The translations under genes were made by a program, and so were the position numbers. From NCBI GenBank assembly GCA_043718025.1, contig JAYSWN010000002.1:1-44236 (forward strand): 44,236 nucleotides of DNA, in the 5' to 3' direction. The notes under the pieces are model-generated. The model did not search any database. It was given only the letters and a program-made list of their open reading frames with translations, and had not been told where the DNA came from. The stretch is from Pseudomonadota bacterium (lineage in GTDB: Bacteria > Bdellovibrionota > FAC87 > UBA2466). Positions 1 through 9,242 of the stretch are shown here, piece by piece; position 1 is the first letter of the stretch, and every line of letters begins with the position of its first letter.

Positions 1-129
1 AATCCTTGGCCGATGATTGATGAGAGACAAAGTTTTACTTACCTTTATTCCACCGTGTGAGGATTGCTTCGGCCTGCGGCCTCGCAAAGACGAGAGCGAT
101 AACGCGCCCACTAAAAAAGGATAGAACCC
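1..129. repeat. Dispersed RPE-like palindromic repeat, copy A (truncated by the window edge); inverted copy of 21080-21189
   Basis: Positions 41-129 match the reverse complement of the 21.1 kb copy with 3 mismatches in 89 nt, and positions 1-20 match with 1 mismatch. It contains the arm GGATTGCTTCGGCCTGCGGCCTCGCAAAGAC (61-91), typical of GTCATTGCGAG...CTCGCAATGAC palindromic elements. Confidence 0.9.
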
Positions 130-160
130 AACACCCCCTTTTTCCGTCGCTGAACTATTT

Positions 161-190
161 TTGGCAAATCGGGGGTGAGTGGTCTACTCT
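161..190 (+). promoter_or_regulatory. Candidate sigma-70 promoter of the pyrimidine operon
   Basis: TTGGCA (161-166), an 18-nt spacer, then TACTCT (185-190), lying about 70 nt upstream of the mmsA ATG. Only a partial consensus match. Confidence 0.25.
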
Positions 191-260
191 TTTGCCTCTA
201 GCGTTAAGGCTCAAAAGGCGATTGGCCGTGGGTTGAGCGGTGGGATAGGAGAGAGCAAAT

Positions 261-1709
261 ATGGTTAAGAATTACATTGCCGGTCGTTGGGTGGCTTCGT
301 TGGGGACCCAGACCGTGGATATCGTCAATCCGGCCACCGAAGAGGTTATAGATCGCTGCCCACTGGGAACGGCCAAAGACGTTGACCTGGCGGTTGCCGC
401 CGCTGCCGCCGCCTTTGTTAGTTGGCGCCGGGTTCCGGCCATTGACCGGGTGCAGCCCTTTTTTCGCCTCAAAGTGCTGCTCGAAGAGAACCTTGAAGAG
501 CTGGTGAAACTCTGCACCCAAGAGCACGGCAAGACCTTGGCAGAATCGCGCGGCGACGTCCGACGCGGCATCCAAATGGTGGAAACCGCCTGCGGCATCC
601 CCTCCCTCATGATGGGCCAATGCTCCGAAGACATTGCCCCGGGCATCGATTCTCAAGCCATTCGTCAGCCGATGGGGGTCTTTGCGGCGGTTACGCCGTT
701 CAATTTTCCGGCGATGGTGCCTTTCTGGTTTTGGCCCTTTGCGGTGGCCAGCGGAAATACTTTTGTTCTCAAACCGAGTGAACGAGTGCCGCTAACGCAG
801 TTGAAAATTTTTGAGCTGATTGAGAAGGCCGGTTTTCCACCGGGGGTAATGAATTTGGTGGCCGGCGGTAAAGAGGTGGTGAATGCGCTGTGCGCCCATC
901 CCGACGTGAAAGGCATTTCGTTTGTGGGCTCCACCCCGGTGGCCCGGCACGTGTATCAGACCGGTTGCGCCGCGGGAAAACGCGTTCAAGCGTTGGGCGG
1001 AGCTAAGAATTTTATGGTCGTACTTGCCGACGCCACGCTGGATCATACGGTAAAGACCTGTCTCGAATCTATTATTGGGTGCGCCGGACAACGTTGCCTG
1101 GCTGGCTCGGTGGTAATCGCGGTCGGCGATGTGTACGAAGAGATAAAACAGCAGATGCTTAGGCACGCCGCCGAGGTTGTGGTGGGCGATGGCGGTGATC
1201 CGCAAACGCAAATGGGGCCCTTAATTTCTCAGGCCTCGGTTGACCGGGTGAAAGGGTTGATTCAATCCGCCGCCAATGAGGGGGCCGAAATTCTCATGGA
1301 CGGTAGAAACTACAATGGCCGGGGTTATTTTTTGCGGCCCACTATAATCGGTAACGTAACCGCCAAGATGAGAATTGCGCGAGAAGAGGTCTTTGGCCCC
1401 GTGGTTTGTCTGGCCCGCGCTAAGAGTCTTGATGAGGCCATTGCTTGGATAAATAGCTCCTCATTTGCCAATACCGCCTCGCTCTTTACCGCATCGGGGG
1501 CGGCGGCGCGGCAATTCAGTTATGAAGCGGCCCCGACGATGCTGGGTTTAAATATTGGCGTGCCCGCCCCCATGGCCTTTTTCTCGTTTGGCGGAGCTAA
1601 GGATTCATTCTTTGGCGACGTAAAAGCGCACGGCGCCGGGAGCATGAATTTTTTCACCGACACCAAAGTGACCATCCAGCGCTGGAATAAGAATTCAAAT
1701 ATCTGGTGA
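261..1709 (+). CDS. mmsA: CoA-acylating (methyl)malonate-semialdehyde dehydrogenase
   Basis: ALDH motifs TPFNFP, LKPSE, ISFVGST, ALGGAKN, AGQRC (catalytic Cys) and EEVFGPV. It also has the MMSDH-type C-terminus GVPAPMAFFSFGG..SFFGD and an AGGAG Shine-Dalgarno (SD). Confidence 0.93.
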   Translation: MVKNYIAGRWVASLGTQTVDIVNPATEEVIDRCPLGTAKDVDLAVAAAAAAFVSWRRVPAIDRVQPFFRLKVLLEENLEELVKLCTQEHGKTLAESRGDVRRGIQMVETACGIPSLMMGQCSEDIAPGIDSQAIRQPMGVFAAVTPFNFPAMVPFWFWPFAVASGNTFVLKPSERVPLTQLKIFELIEKAGFPPGVMNLVAGGKEVVNALCAHPDVKGISFVGSTPVARHVYQTGCAAGKRVQALGGAKNFMVVLADATLDHTVKTCLESIIGCAGQRCLAGSVVIAVGDVYEEIKQQMLRHAAEVVVGDGGDPQTQMGPLISQASVDRVKGLIQSAANEGAEILMDGRNYNGRGYFLRPTIIGNVTAKMRIAREEVFGPVVCLARAKSLDEAIAWINSSSFANTASLFTASGAAARQFSYEAAPTMLGLNIGVPAPMAFFSFGGAKDSFFGDVKAHGAGSMNFFTDTKVTIQRWNKNSNIW

Positions 1710-1724
1710 GCAGAGGACAAGGGT

Positions 1725-3116
1725 ATGAGCACAATTTGCATTAGCAACGCAACGGTGGTTACCGCCACGGACACTTTTGAGGCTGACATCCTCATCGACG
1801 GCGAAAAGGTTCAGGCGATTTCGCCAAAGGGGGCCGGCCGCGCTGATCAAATTATCGATGCAACGGGCTGTTACGTTTTTCCCGGCGGCATCGACGCGCA
1901 CACTCACTTAGATCTTCCTTTCATGGGCACATTTTCTAGCGATGATTTTGAAACGGGCACGCTTGCCGCCCTTCATGGGGGCACCACCTCGATCATCGAT
2001 TTTGCCTTTCAGACGCCAGGCAAAAGTCTTATGGAGGGGTTAAATACCTGGCACGAAAAGGCGAATGGCAAAGCCGCCGCAGATTACGCCTTTCACGTGG
2101 TGGTCACCGACTTCAACGATCATTCTAAAGCCGAAATTCGCGATCTGATTGAAAAAGAGGGAGTCACCTCCTTTAAGACCTTCATGGCCTACAAAGGCGC
2201 GCTGATGATCGACGACAAGCAAATGATTGGCCTCATGAATGAAGTGAAGCGGTGGGGCGGACTGGTTACGGTGCACGCCGAAAATGGCGATATGGCTGAT
2301 TCATTGATTCAGGCCAACCGCGCCGCGGGAAACATGGCGCCAAAATTTCATGCGCTCTCGCGGCCCGAAATTGTCGAGTCCGAGGCCACCGGACGAGCCA
2401 TAGATATTGCCTACGCCTGCGACAGTTCGCTTTACGTTGTGCACATGACTTGCGAAGGGGCGCTAAACCGAGTGCGTGAGGCCACCAAGCGCAATCAACG
2501 CGTACTGGTTGAAACCTGCGTGCAATATTTATTATTAGACGACTCGGTTTACGTGCGGCCAGATTTTGAAGGCGCAAAATGGGTGATGAGTCCGCCAATC
2601 CGCAAAGTAAAAGATCAAGAGGCGCTCTGGCACGGCATTGAACAGCAGCTGATTCAAGTGGTGGCCACCGATCATTGTCCTTTCTGCCTCGATCAAAAAG
2701 CGGCCGGTAAAGACGATTTTTCAAAAATCCCCAATGGCGCCCCGGGCATCGAGAACCGGATGGAGCTGATGTACTCCGAAGGCGTGCTAAAGAAGCGCAT
2801 CAGCCTCAATCGCTTCGTGGATCTCAACTGTACGGCGCCGGCAAAAATTTTTGGTCTCTACCCGCGTAAAGGCACGATCGCGGTGGGGGGGGACGCCGAT
2901 CTGGTTATTTTCGACCCAAAAATTCAGCATACGTTGTCGGCAAAAACCCACCACATGCGCTGTGACTACTCGTCCTACGAGGGGTGGCCGGTAACCGGAA
3001 AAGTGAAAACCGTCTTGTTGCGTGGCAAAGTGGCGATCGATAAAGGCCAAGCGTTGGTGCAAAAAGGATTTGGAAAATATTTGTCGCGAAGTAAATTTCA
3101 CGCGGATTCAATTTAA
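1725..3116 (+). CDS. hydA: Dihydropyrimidinase (D-hydantoinase, PydB)
   Basis: PGGIDAHTH metal site, GGTTSIIDF, SFKTFMAY (carbamylated Lys), VHAENG, MSPPIR, ATDHCPF and DFSKIPNG. Confidence 0.95.
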   Translation: MSTICISNATVVTATDTFEADILIDGEKVQAISPKGAGRADQIIDATGCYVFPGGIDAHTHLDLPFMGTFSSDDFETGTLAALHGGTTSIIDFAFQTPGKSLMEGLNTWHEKANGKAAADYAFHVVVTDFNDHSKAEIRDLIEKEGVTSFKTFMAYKGALMIDDKQMIGLMNEVKRWGGLVTVHAENGDMADSLIQANRAAGNMAPKFHALSRPEIVESEATGRAIDIAYACDSSLYVVHMTCEGALNRVREATKRNQRVLVETCVQYLLLDDSVYVRPDFEGAKWVMSPPIRKVKDQEALWHGIEQQLIQVVATDHCPFCLDQKAAGKDDFSKIPNGAPGIENRMELMYSEGVLKKRISLNRFVDLNCTAPAKIFGLYPRKGTIAVGGDADLVIFDPKIQHTLSAKTHHMRCDYSSYEGWPVTGKVKTVLLRGKVAIDKGQALVQKGFGKYLSRSKFHADSI

Positions 3117-3127
3117 GGAGAGCAGCG

Positions 3128-3994
3128 ATGGCACGTAAAGTTAAGGTTGGCCTGATTCAGATGGCGAGTAAGCTTCCCACTGAAAGATCGTGTGAAGAGC
3201 ATCGCAAAGCGATGACCGCGGCGCATTTGCCGTATATCGACGAGGCCGGCAAAAAAGGGGTGAATCTACTGTGCATGCAAGAGGTCTTTACCGGACCTTA
3301 TTTTTGCCCCTCGCAAGATGCAAAATGGTACGGCCTCACCGAGAAGGTTCCCGAGGGGCCAACCACCCAGCTCATGATGGAGTACGCCAAAAAGTACAAC
3401 ATGGTGATCGTCGTGCCAATTTATGAAGAGCACATCACCGGCGTTTATTACAACACCGCCGCGGTGATTGATGCCGACGGCAAGTACCTAGGCAAATACC
3501 GTAAGAATCACATTCCTCAGGTGAAGGGGTTTTGGGAAAAGTTTTTTTTCAAACCCGGCAATTTGGGCTACCCCGTGTTTAAAACCGCGTACGGAAATGT
3601 CGGCGTTTACATCTGCTACGATCGCCACTTTCCCGATGGGGCCCGCTGTTTGGGATTAAACGGCGCCGAAATCGTTTTTAATCCCTCGGCCACCGTGGCC
3701 GGCCTTTCCGAATACCTGTGGGAGCTTGAGCAGCCGGCGCACGCCGTGGCCAATGGTTATTTTGTCGCCGCTATCAATCGCGTGGGCAACGAAGCGCCGT
3801 GGAATATAGGTGAGTTTTATGGTCAGTCGTACGTGGTAAGCCCAAAGGGTAAGATCATCAATAAAGCGTCGCGAACTAATGACGAGCTGCTCGTCACCGA
3901 CATTGATCTAGATGAAGTGAAAGAGATTCGCGATCTGTGGCAGTTCTTTCGTGATCGTCGACCAGAAACCTACGGCCCTTTGACGGAGCTATAA
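3128..3994 (+). CDS. pydC: Beta-ureidopropionase (nitrilase-family C-N hydrolase)
   Basis: Nitrilase triad motifs QEVF (Glu), YRKNHIP (Lys) and ICYDRHF (Cys), plus FWEKFFF and FFRDRRPETY. It lies directly after dihydropyrimidinase. Confidence 0.88.
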   Translation: MARKVKVGLIQMASKLPTERSCEEHRKAMTAAHLPYIDEAGKKGVNLLCMQEVFTGPYFCPSQDAKWYGLTEKVPEGPTTQLMMEYAKKYNMVIVVPIYEEHITGVYYNTAAVIDADGKYLGKYRKNHIPQVKGFWEKFFFKPGNLGYPVFKTAYGNVGVYICYDRHFPDGARCLGLNGAEIVFNPSATVAGLSEYLWELEQPAHAVANGYFVAAINRVGNEAPWNIGEFYGQSYVVSPKGKIINKASRTNDELLVTDIDLDEVKEIRDLWQFFRDRRPETYGPLTEL

Positions 3995-3995
3995 A

Positions 3996-5312
3996 ATGAG
4001 CACCTCTACCGAAGATATTCTCAAAGCCAGAAAAAAACATTTTCTCTCGACCTCGGTTCATTACTACAAAGAGCCGCTGCAGCTTACCCGCGCCAAGGGG
4101 CAGCACGTATACGACGAGAAAGGGCGCGAGTACCTCGACTGCATCGGCGGTATCGTTTGCATCTCGGCGGGTCACAACCATCCGCGGATTAAGGCGGAGA
4201 TGGTAAAAATGTTGGAGGCTGACGAGATTCAGCACACGACCGTACTGTTTCTAAATGAGCACGCCACTAAACTGGCCGAGCAGTTGGTGAAAGAGGCACC
4301 GGCCGGAATCGACCGCGTTTTTTTTACTAATTCTGGTAGCGAAGCCAATGAGCTTGCCTTTATGGCGGCGCGCCAGGCAACGGGCGAAACCACCGTGGTC
4401 AATCTCCGTCACAGCTACCACGGTTCCACTGCCGCGGCTTTGGCGCATTGTGGCCACCACACCTGGCGCTTTAAGGGGCAGCCTTCGGCGTCGACCACCT
4501 CGGCGATGGAGCCTTACTGTTACCGCTGCCCGTTTGGCAAAGAGCCGACGAGCTGTGCGCTTGAGTGCGCTAAAAATGTGGAGACTACGATTCAAACCAC
4601 CACCCACGGAAAAATTGCGGGTTTTATCGCTGAGCCGGTCATGGGGGTGGGCGGGTTTATCACTCCGCCCAACGAGTACTTCAGCGAAGTGGCAAAAATT
4701 GTGCACAAGTACGGCGGCAAATACATCAGTGACGAAGTTCAGACCGGCGCGGGCCGGTGCGGAAATAATTTTTTGCTCACCAAAGAGCTGGGGCTGGATG
4801 CCGACATGATCACCATGGCCAAGGGGTTGGGCAATGGGGCCGCCATCGGCGCCACCATGATGAAGACCGATACTTCGGACTCACTGGCCGGAAAATTTTT
4901 CTTTAATACTTTTGGCAGCGACCCTTACCAGACCATGCAGGCCAAAGTGAACATGGACATTATTAAGGAAGAGCGGCTCATTGAGAACGCCAAGGCAATG
5001 GGTGCTTATCTGTTGGACAGCCTTAAAACGCTGATGAAATCGCACCCATTAATTGGCGAGGTGCGCGGCCGCGGCTTATTGTTGGGCTTTGAGTTGGTCA
5101 AAGATCGTTCGACCAAAGAGTACGCCACCGCTGAAACCGCCGAGGTGATGGAGATCTGCCGAGAAAAGGGAGTTTTGGTGGGTAAGGGCGGGTTGTACGG
5201 CAACGTGGTTCGCCTTGCGCCGCCGCTAGCGATCACCCGCGCGCAGTGCGATCAGTTGCTCAAGGCCATCGATGAAGCGTTAACCTTGGTAGAAAAAAAA
5301 GGTAAGTCATAA
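3996..5312 (+). CDS. Class III PLP aminotransferase, probable beta-alanine/beta-aminoisobutyrate aminotransferase (PydD/AGXT2-like)
   Basis: FFTNSGSEAN, SYHG, AEPVMGVGG, DEVQTG and TMAKGLGNG (PLP Lys). Substrate is inferred from operon context. Confidence 0.85.
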   Translation: MSTSTEDILKARKKHFLSTSVHYYKEPLQLTRAKGQHVYDEKGREYLDCIGGIVCISAGHNHPRIKAEMVKMLEADEIQHTTVLFLNEHATKLAEQLVKEAPAGIDRVFFTNSGSEANELAFMAARQATGETTVVNLRHSYHGSTAAALAHCGHHTWRFKGQPSASTTSAMEPYCYRCPFGKEPTSCALECAKNVETTIQTTTHGKIAGFIAEPVMGVGGFITPPNEYFSEVAKIVHKYGGKYISDEVQTGAGRCGNNFLLTKELGLDADMITMAKGLGNGAAIGATMMKTDTSDSLAGKFFFNTFGSDPYQTMQAKVNMDIIKEERLIENAKAMGAYLLDSLKTLMKSHPLIGEVRGRGLLLGFELVKDRSTKEYATAETAEVMEICREKGVLVGKGGLYGNVVRLAPPLAITRAQCDQLLKAIDEALTLVEKKGKS

Positions 5313-5314
5313 AA

Positions 5315-6604
5315 GTGAAGCCGACCAATCGACTGAAAACGGAATTTCTTGGCTTTGAAATGGAAAATCCGTGGTGCGTGGCTTCGGCCCCTCCCACGGC
5401 CACCGGAAAACTGATGGCCGACGCTTTTGATGCGGGTTGGGGTTCCGCCATCGTGAAAACGGTGGGCCCGGTGGAAGAGCCGATCATCAACGTTGCCCCG
5501 CGCATTCACACCATGAAGAAGTGGAATCGCGAAATTGCGATGCAGAACATTGAACTCATCACCGACCGAAAACTTTCGGTGTGGCTCGAAGAGCTGGTGA
5601 TTTTACGCAAGCGCTACCCCCGCAAGATGATCATTGGGTCGGTGATGGCACCGGGCCACGACATGGAGGCCTGGGGTAAACTTGTCGATGACATGAATCG
5701 CGTTGGCTGCGATGCCGTAGAATTAAATCTTGGCTGCCCGCACGGCATGCCCGAACGGGATATGGGCGCCGTCTGTTCACAAGACCCGGTTATCGTCGGT
5801 AATATTGTTCGCGCCGCAAAACAAGCGAGCCGGGTGCCGATTTTGACCAAGCTCACTCCCAATGTGACCAACATCAGCGTCATGGCCAAAGCCGCCAAAG
5901 ACGCCGGCACCGATGCCATTACCGTGATCAATACGGTGAACGGAATCATTGGCGTTGATATCTACAAGAAAGCGCCGCACCTCTCGGTCAATGGCTATAC
6001 CGCGGTGGGCGGAATTTCGGGAAATGCGGTTAAGCCCATTGGTTTAAAGTGCGTAGCCGAATGTAAGAGCGCTACGGGGTTGCCCATTTCCGGAGTGGGC
6101 GGGATCTCTACTTGGAGTGAAGGGGTTGAATACCTTTTGATGGGCGCCGGGCAATTGCAAATGTGCACCGAGATCATGATCCGCGGTTTTAAGATAATTG
6201 ATGGCCTGAACAAAGGGCTAACCCAGTACATGGATCAGATGGGTTTTGAATCGGTAAACGCCGTGGTGGGCGAGCTTTATAAAAACGTTACCAGCTTTGA
6301 CTACCTGCTCAAGCAGTCGAAGTCCGAAAAAGTGGCCATCAACGAATCTACCTGTACCGGATGCAATATTTGCGTGGTGGCGTGCGATGACGCCGGGTAC
6401 GATGCGTTACTTCTCAAGCAGATTCCCGATCCATTGCGCACCAAAGGCGCGCGCAAAGTGGCGGAGCTGATCTACGATAACTGCACGGGCTGTAACTTAT
6501 GCGTGGCCGTCTGTCCGGTTCCCGAGTGCATGACGTTATACGATTCCAAAGAGCCTTTTCCCTATGAGCTGCACTCAAGTTACGCCGAGAACACCCTCAT
6601 TTAA
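5315..6604 (+). CDS. preA: Dihydropyrimidine dehydrogenase FMN/Fe-S subunit PreA (PydA)
   Basis: ASAPPT, NIELITDR, ELNLGCPHGM (catalytic Cys), KLTPNVTNI, ISGVGGI, and two C-terminal CxxCxxCxxxC ferredoxin motifs. GTG start. Confidence 0.93.
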   Translation: MKPTNRLKTEFLGFEMENPWCVASAPPTATGKLMADAFDAGWGSAIVKTVGPVEEPIINVAPRIHTMKKWNREIAMQNIELITDRKLSVWLEELVILRKRYPRKMIIGSVMAPGHDMEAWGKLVDDMNRVGCDAVELNLGCPHGMPERDMGAVCSQDPVIVGNIVRAAKQASRVPILTKLTPNVTNISVMAKAAKDAGTDAITVINTVNGIIGVDIYKKAPHLSVNGYTAVGGISGNAVKPIGLKCVAECKSATGLPISGVGGISTWSEGVEYLLMGAGQLQMCTEIMIRGFKIIDGLNKGLTQYMDQMGFESVNAVVGELYKNVTSFDYLLKQSKSEKVAINESTCTGCNICVVACDDAGYDALLLKQIPDPLRTKGARKVAELIYDNCTGCNLCVAVCPVPECMTLYDSKEPFPYELHSSYAENTLI

Positions 6605-6628
6605 TCACCTCAAGAGGCCCTTAAATTT

Positions 6629-8068
6629 ATGAGCTACTCAAATGAAGATCTGGCCGTAGTTCCCTTTGCCAAAAGAACCTGGGGAATTTGGAATTACGCG
6701 GCCCTGTGGATCAGCATGAGTCTTTGCATTCCCACCTATATGCTGGCCAGTTCACTCATCGAAGGGGGGATGAATTGGTGGCAGGCCATCCTCACCGTTT
6801 TTTTTGGCAACGCCATTGTTCTCATTCCGATGGTGCTCAATGGCCACGCCGGGGCGAGGTACGGAATTCCCTTTCCGGTGTTTGCTAGGTCTAGTTTTGG
6901 CATTCGCGGCGCCAACGTGCCGGCGCTGTTAAGGGCGATCGTTGCCTGTGGCTGGTTTGGCATTCAGACCTGGATTGGCGGCTACTCCCTTTTTCAGATC
7001 TTTAAGATTTGGTTGCCGAGCGTGGCCCTGCTGCCGCGTCTTTTTCCCGAGTCTTTTGGCTTGGAGACGGGCCCGGCGATAACCTTTTTTCTCTTTTGGT
7101 GCCTGAATATGTTCGTGGTCTATAAGGGCATCGAAAGCATTCGCAAGCTTCTGCTCTTTAAGGCGGTGTTTTTACCGTTCGCCGCTTTGGCGTTGCTGGC
7201 GTGGGCGTTGTGGGCCGCCAAAGGGCTGGGGCCGATCTTAGCGCAGCCATCTAAATTTCAAACGTCGGCTGAGTTCTGGCATTTCTTCTTTCCCGCGCTT
7301 ACCGGCATGGTGGGCTTTTGGGCCACGTTGTCGCTTAATATTCCTGATTTCACCCGGTACGCGGTTTCGCAGCGTGCGCAGAGAATTGGCCAAGTGATTG
7401 GTTTGCCGCCGGCGATGACGGCTTTTGCGTTTGTAGGGGTGGTGGTCACCAGCGCCACCACCATTGTTTACGGGGCGCCGATTTGGGACCCGGTGGCTCT
7501 GGCCGGCAAATTTGATTCGCCTGTCTTGGTGACGTTTGCGATGATCGCCGTCATTATTTCGACGCTCGCCACCAACATTGCGGCCAACATCGTGAGCCCG
7601 GCCAATGATTTTTCGAATCTGGCGCCGGATAAAATCGATTTTAAATTGGGCGGGTACCTCACCGGGGTGATCGGCGTGCTGATTTTTCCATGGAAATTGA
7701 TGGCTGACCCGAATGGTTACATCTTCACCTGGTTAATTGCCTATTCAAGCCTGCTGGGTCCCATCGGCGGGATTATGATCGTAGATTACTACTTGGTACG
7801 AAAGCAGGAGCTGTTCGTTGATGAGCTTTATAAAAAAGAGGGGCGTTACTGGTACGGCAACGGCTTTAATTCTGCAGCCATAATCGCCCTCTGCCTGGGC
7901 ATTGTCCCCAACGTGCCCGGCTTTTTAACCACTACAAAAATATTGCCCCAAGCTAGCGTTCCGCAGATTATTAGCGGCCTCTATCATTACGCTTGGTTTG
8001 TCGGCTTTGCGGTATCGGGGGCACTCTATTTCGTTTTGATGCAACGGCAAGGTAAGGAGAGCAGATGA
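6629..8068 (+). CDS. NCS1-family nucleobase:cation symporter (pyrimidine/hydantoin permease)
   Basis: Multi-TM protein with YGIPFPVFARSSFG, ACGWFGIQTW, WATLSLNIPDFTRY and NIAANIVSPANDF. Confidence 0.93.
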   Translation: MSYSNEDLAVVPFAKRTWGIWNYAALWISMSLCIPTYMLASSLIEGGMNWWQAILTVFFGNAIVLIPMVLNGHAGARYGIPFPVFARSSFGIRGANVPALLRAIVACGWFGIQTWIGGYSLFQIFKIWLPSVALLPRLFPESFGLETGPAITFFLFWCLNMFVVYKGIESIRKLLLFKAVFLPFAALALLAWALWAAKGLGPILAQPSKFQTSAEFWHFFFPALTGMVGFWATLSLNIPDFTRYAVSQRAQRIGQVIGLPPAMTAFAFVGVVVTSATTIVYGAPIWDPVALAGKFDSPVLVTFAMIAVIISTLATNIAANIVSPANDFSNLAPDKIDFKLGGYLTGVIGVLIFPWKLMADPNGYIFTWLIAYSSLLGPIGGIMIVDYYLVRKQELFVDELYKKEGRYWYGNGFNSAAIIALCLGIVPNVPGFLTTTKILPQASVPQIISGLYHYAWFVGFAVSGALYFVLMQRQGKESR

Positions 8069-8505
8069 CCGATCCGTTTTTGCTGGCGGCGATTGAAGAG
8101 GCGAAGCTCGGTTTAGCGGAGGGGGGAATTCCCATCGGTTCGGTGCTGGTCTTAGATGAAAAAATTGTGGGCCGAGGCCACAATCGCCGCGTGCAGCGGG
8201 GCAGTGCCATTCTTCATGCGGAGATGGATTGTCTGGAGAATGCCGGTCGCCTTAAGGCGCGTGATTATCAGCGGTGCACTCTCTATTCCACGTTGTCACC
8301 GTGTGACATGTGCAGTGGAACGGCGTTGCTCTATAAAATACCTAAGATTGTGATCGGCGAGAATGAAACGTTTCAGGGGCCTGAGGCCTATGTGCAGTCA
8401 CGTGGTGTGCAATTACAGATCGTGAACGATGCCACGTGCCTGGCCTTGATGCGTAGTTTTATTACAGCCCATCCTGAGCTTTGGAATGAAGACATTGGGG
8501 TATGA
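8065..8505 (+). CDS. Cytosine deaminase, small CDA-fold (yeast FCY1-like) type
   Basis: EGGIPIGSVL, GRGHN, HAE and PCDMC zinc motifs, GENETF and LWNEDIG. Coupled to the transporter gene by an ATGA overlap. Confidence 0.87.
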   Translation: MTDPFLLAAIEEAKLGLAEGGIPIGSVLVLDEKIVGRGHNRRVQRGSAILHAEMDCLENAGRLKARDYQRCTLYSTLSPCDMCSGTALLYKIPKIVIGENETFQGPEAYVQSRGVQLQIVNDATCLALMRSFITAHPELWNEDIGV

Positions 8506-8509
8506 GTTA

Positions 8510-9241
8510 CTATCTGGAGGACGACAGCGGATCTAACGTCACGCTAACGCCCAGTAGTACAGCGTGCGAGAGGTTCGAGCGGTTTTCCACCCTTAGGCCC
8601 GAAACCTTACTTAACAGGGTTTCATCGTACCAATACCCTTTGTAAGCGATGTTCAGCGCCACCCCATGCGACAGCTGAATTTTTTGCCCGACCCCAAATG
8701 AAATTAAGCCGTTGCTTCCCGACTCAGTAACTGCCACCCCGAGTCCCCCGCAAAAGTAGGCGTCGAGGTACAGAATTTTGCGGCCTAAGAGATTCAACTT
8801 TCCGTATAAAAAACTGGCGCGCGCCTCGGTGCCGAAGAACGACCGTGGAGCATTGGTGTCAGGATTAAGCGAAAACTGCGGCATGGTTTTAAGCGCGCTC
8901 GAGGGGTCTACGAAGGCTTTTCCGTACTCAAAGTGAAGCGAGTAGACTTCGGAGAAGTGATAGCCCACGGAGAGGTTGAGGGTTCGTATCTCTAGTAGGG
9001 GGTCGCCCGCAACGCCGCCGTAAGCCAAGCCTAGCTCAAACTTTCTTTCTTTGGTGTAGATTCGATTTTGCACTACGCCCATTTGCTCTGCTTTTCCGCG
9101 GGCCCAGTAGCGTTGTTTGATATTTTCGATGTCAACCTCTTCGGGCCCGGTTGGCAGCGGTTCACCGCTCGGATCGGCCGCCAATAGTGTGCCCGCCAAG
9201 CCGAGGTTGAGATAAAGAATTAGGCTTATGAGTGATGCCAT
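8510..9241 (-). CDS. Outer-membrane beta-barrel protein (deltaproteobacterial GltA/GltB/GltH-like family)
   Basis: Signal peptide, VVQNRIYTKERKFELGL, YHFSEVYSL and LYGKLNLLG, amphipathic beta-strands. It starts 1 nt after the stop of the TPR gene. Confidence 0.7.
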   Translation of the reverse strand: MASLISLILYLNLGLAGTLLAADPSGEPLPTGPEEVDIENIKQRYWARGKAEQMGVVQNRIYTKERKFELGLAYGGVAGDPLLEIRTLNLSVGYHFSEVYSLHFEYGKAFVDPSSALKTMPQFSLNPDTNAPRSFFGTEARASFLYGKLNLLGRKILYLDAYFCGGLGVAVTESGSNGLISFGVGQKIQLSHGVALNIAYKGYWYDETLLSKVSGLRVENRSNLSHAVLLGVSVTLDPLSSSR

Positions 9242-9242
9242 T

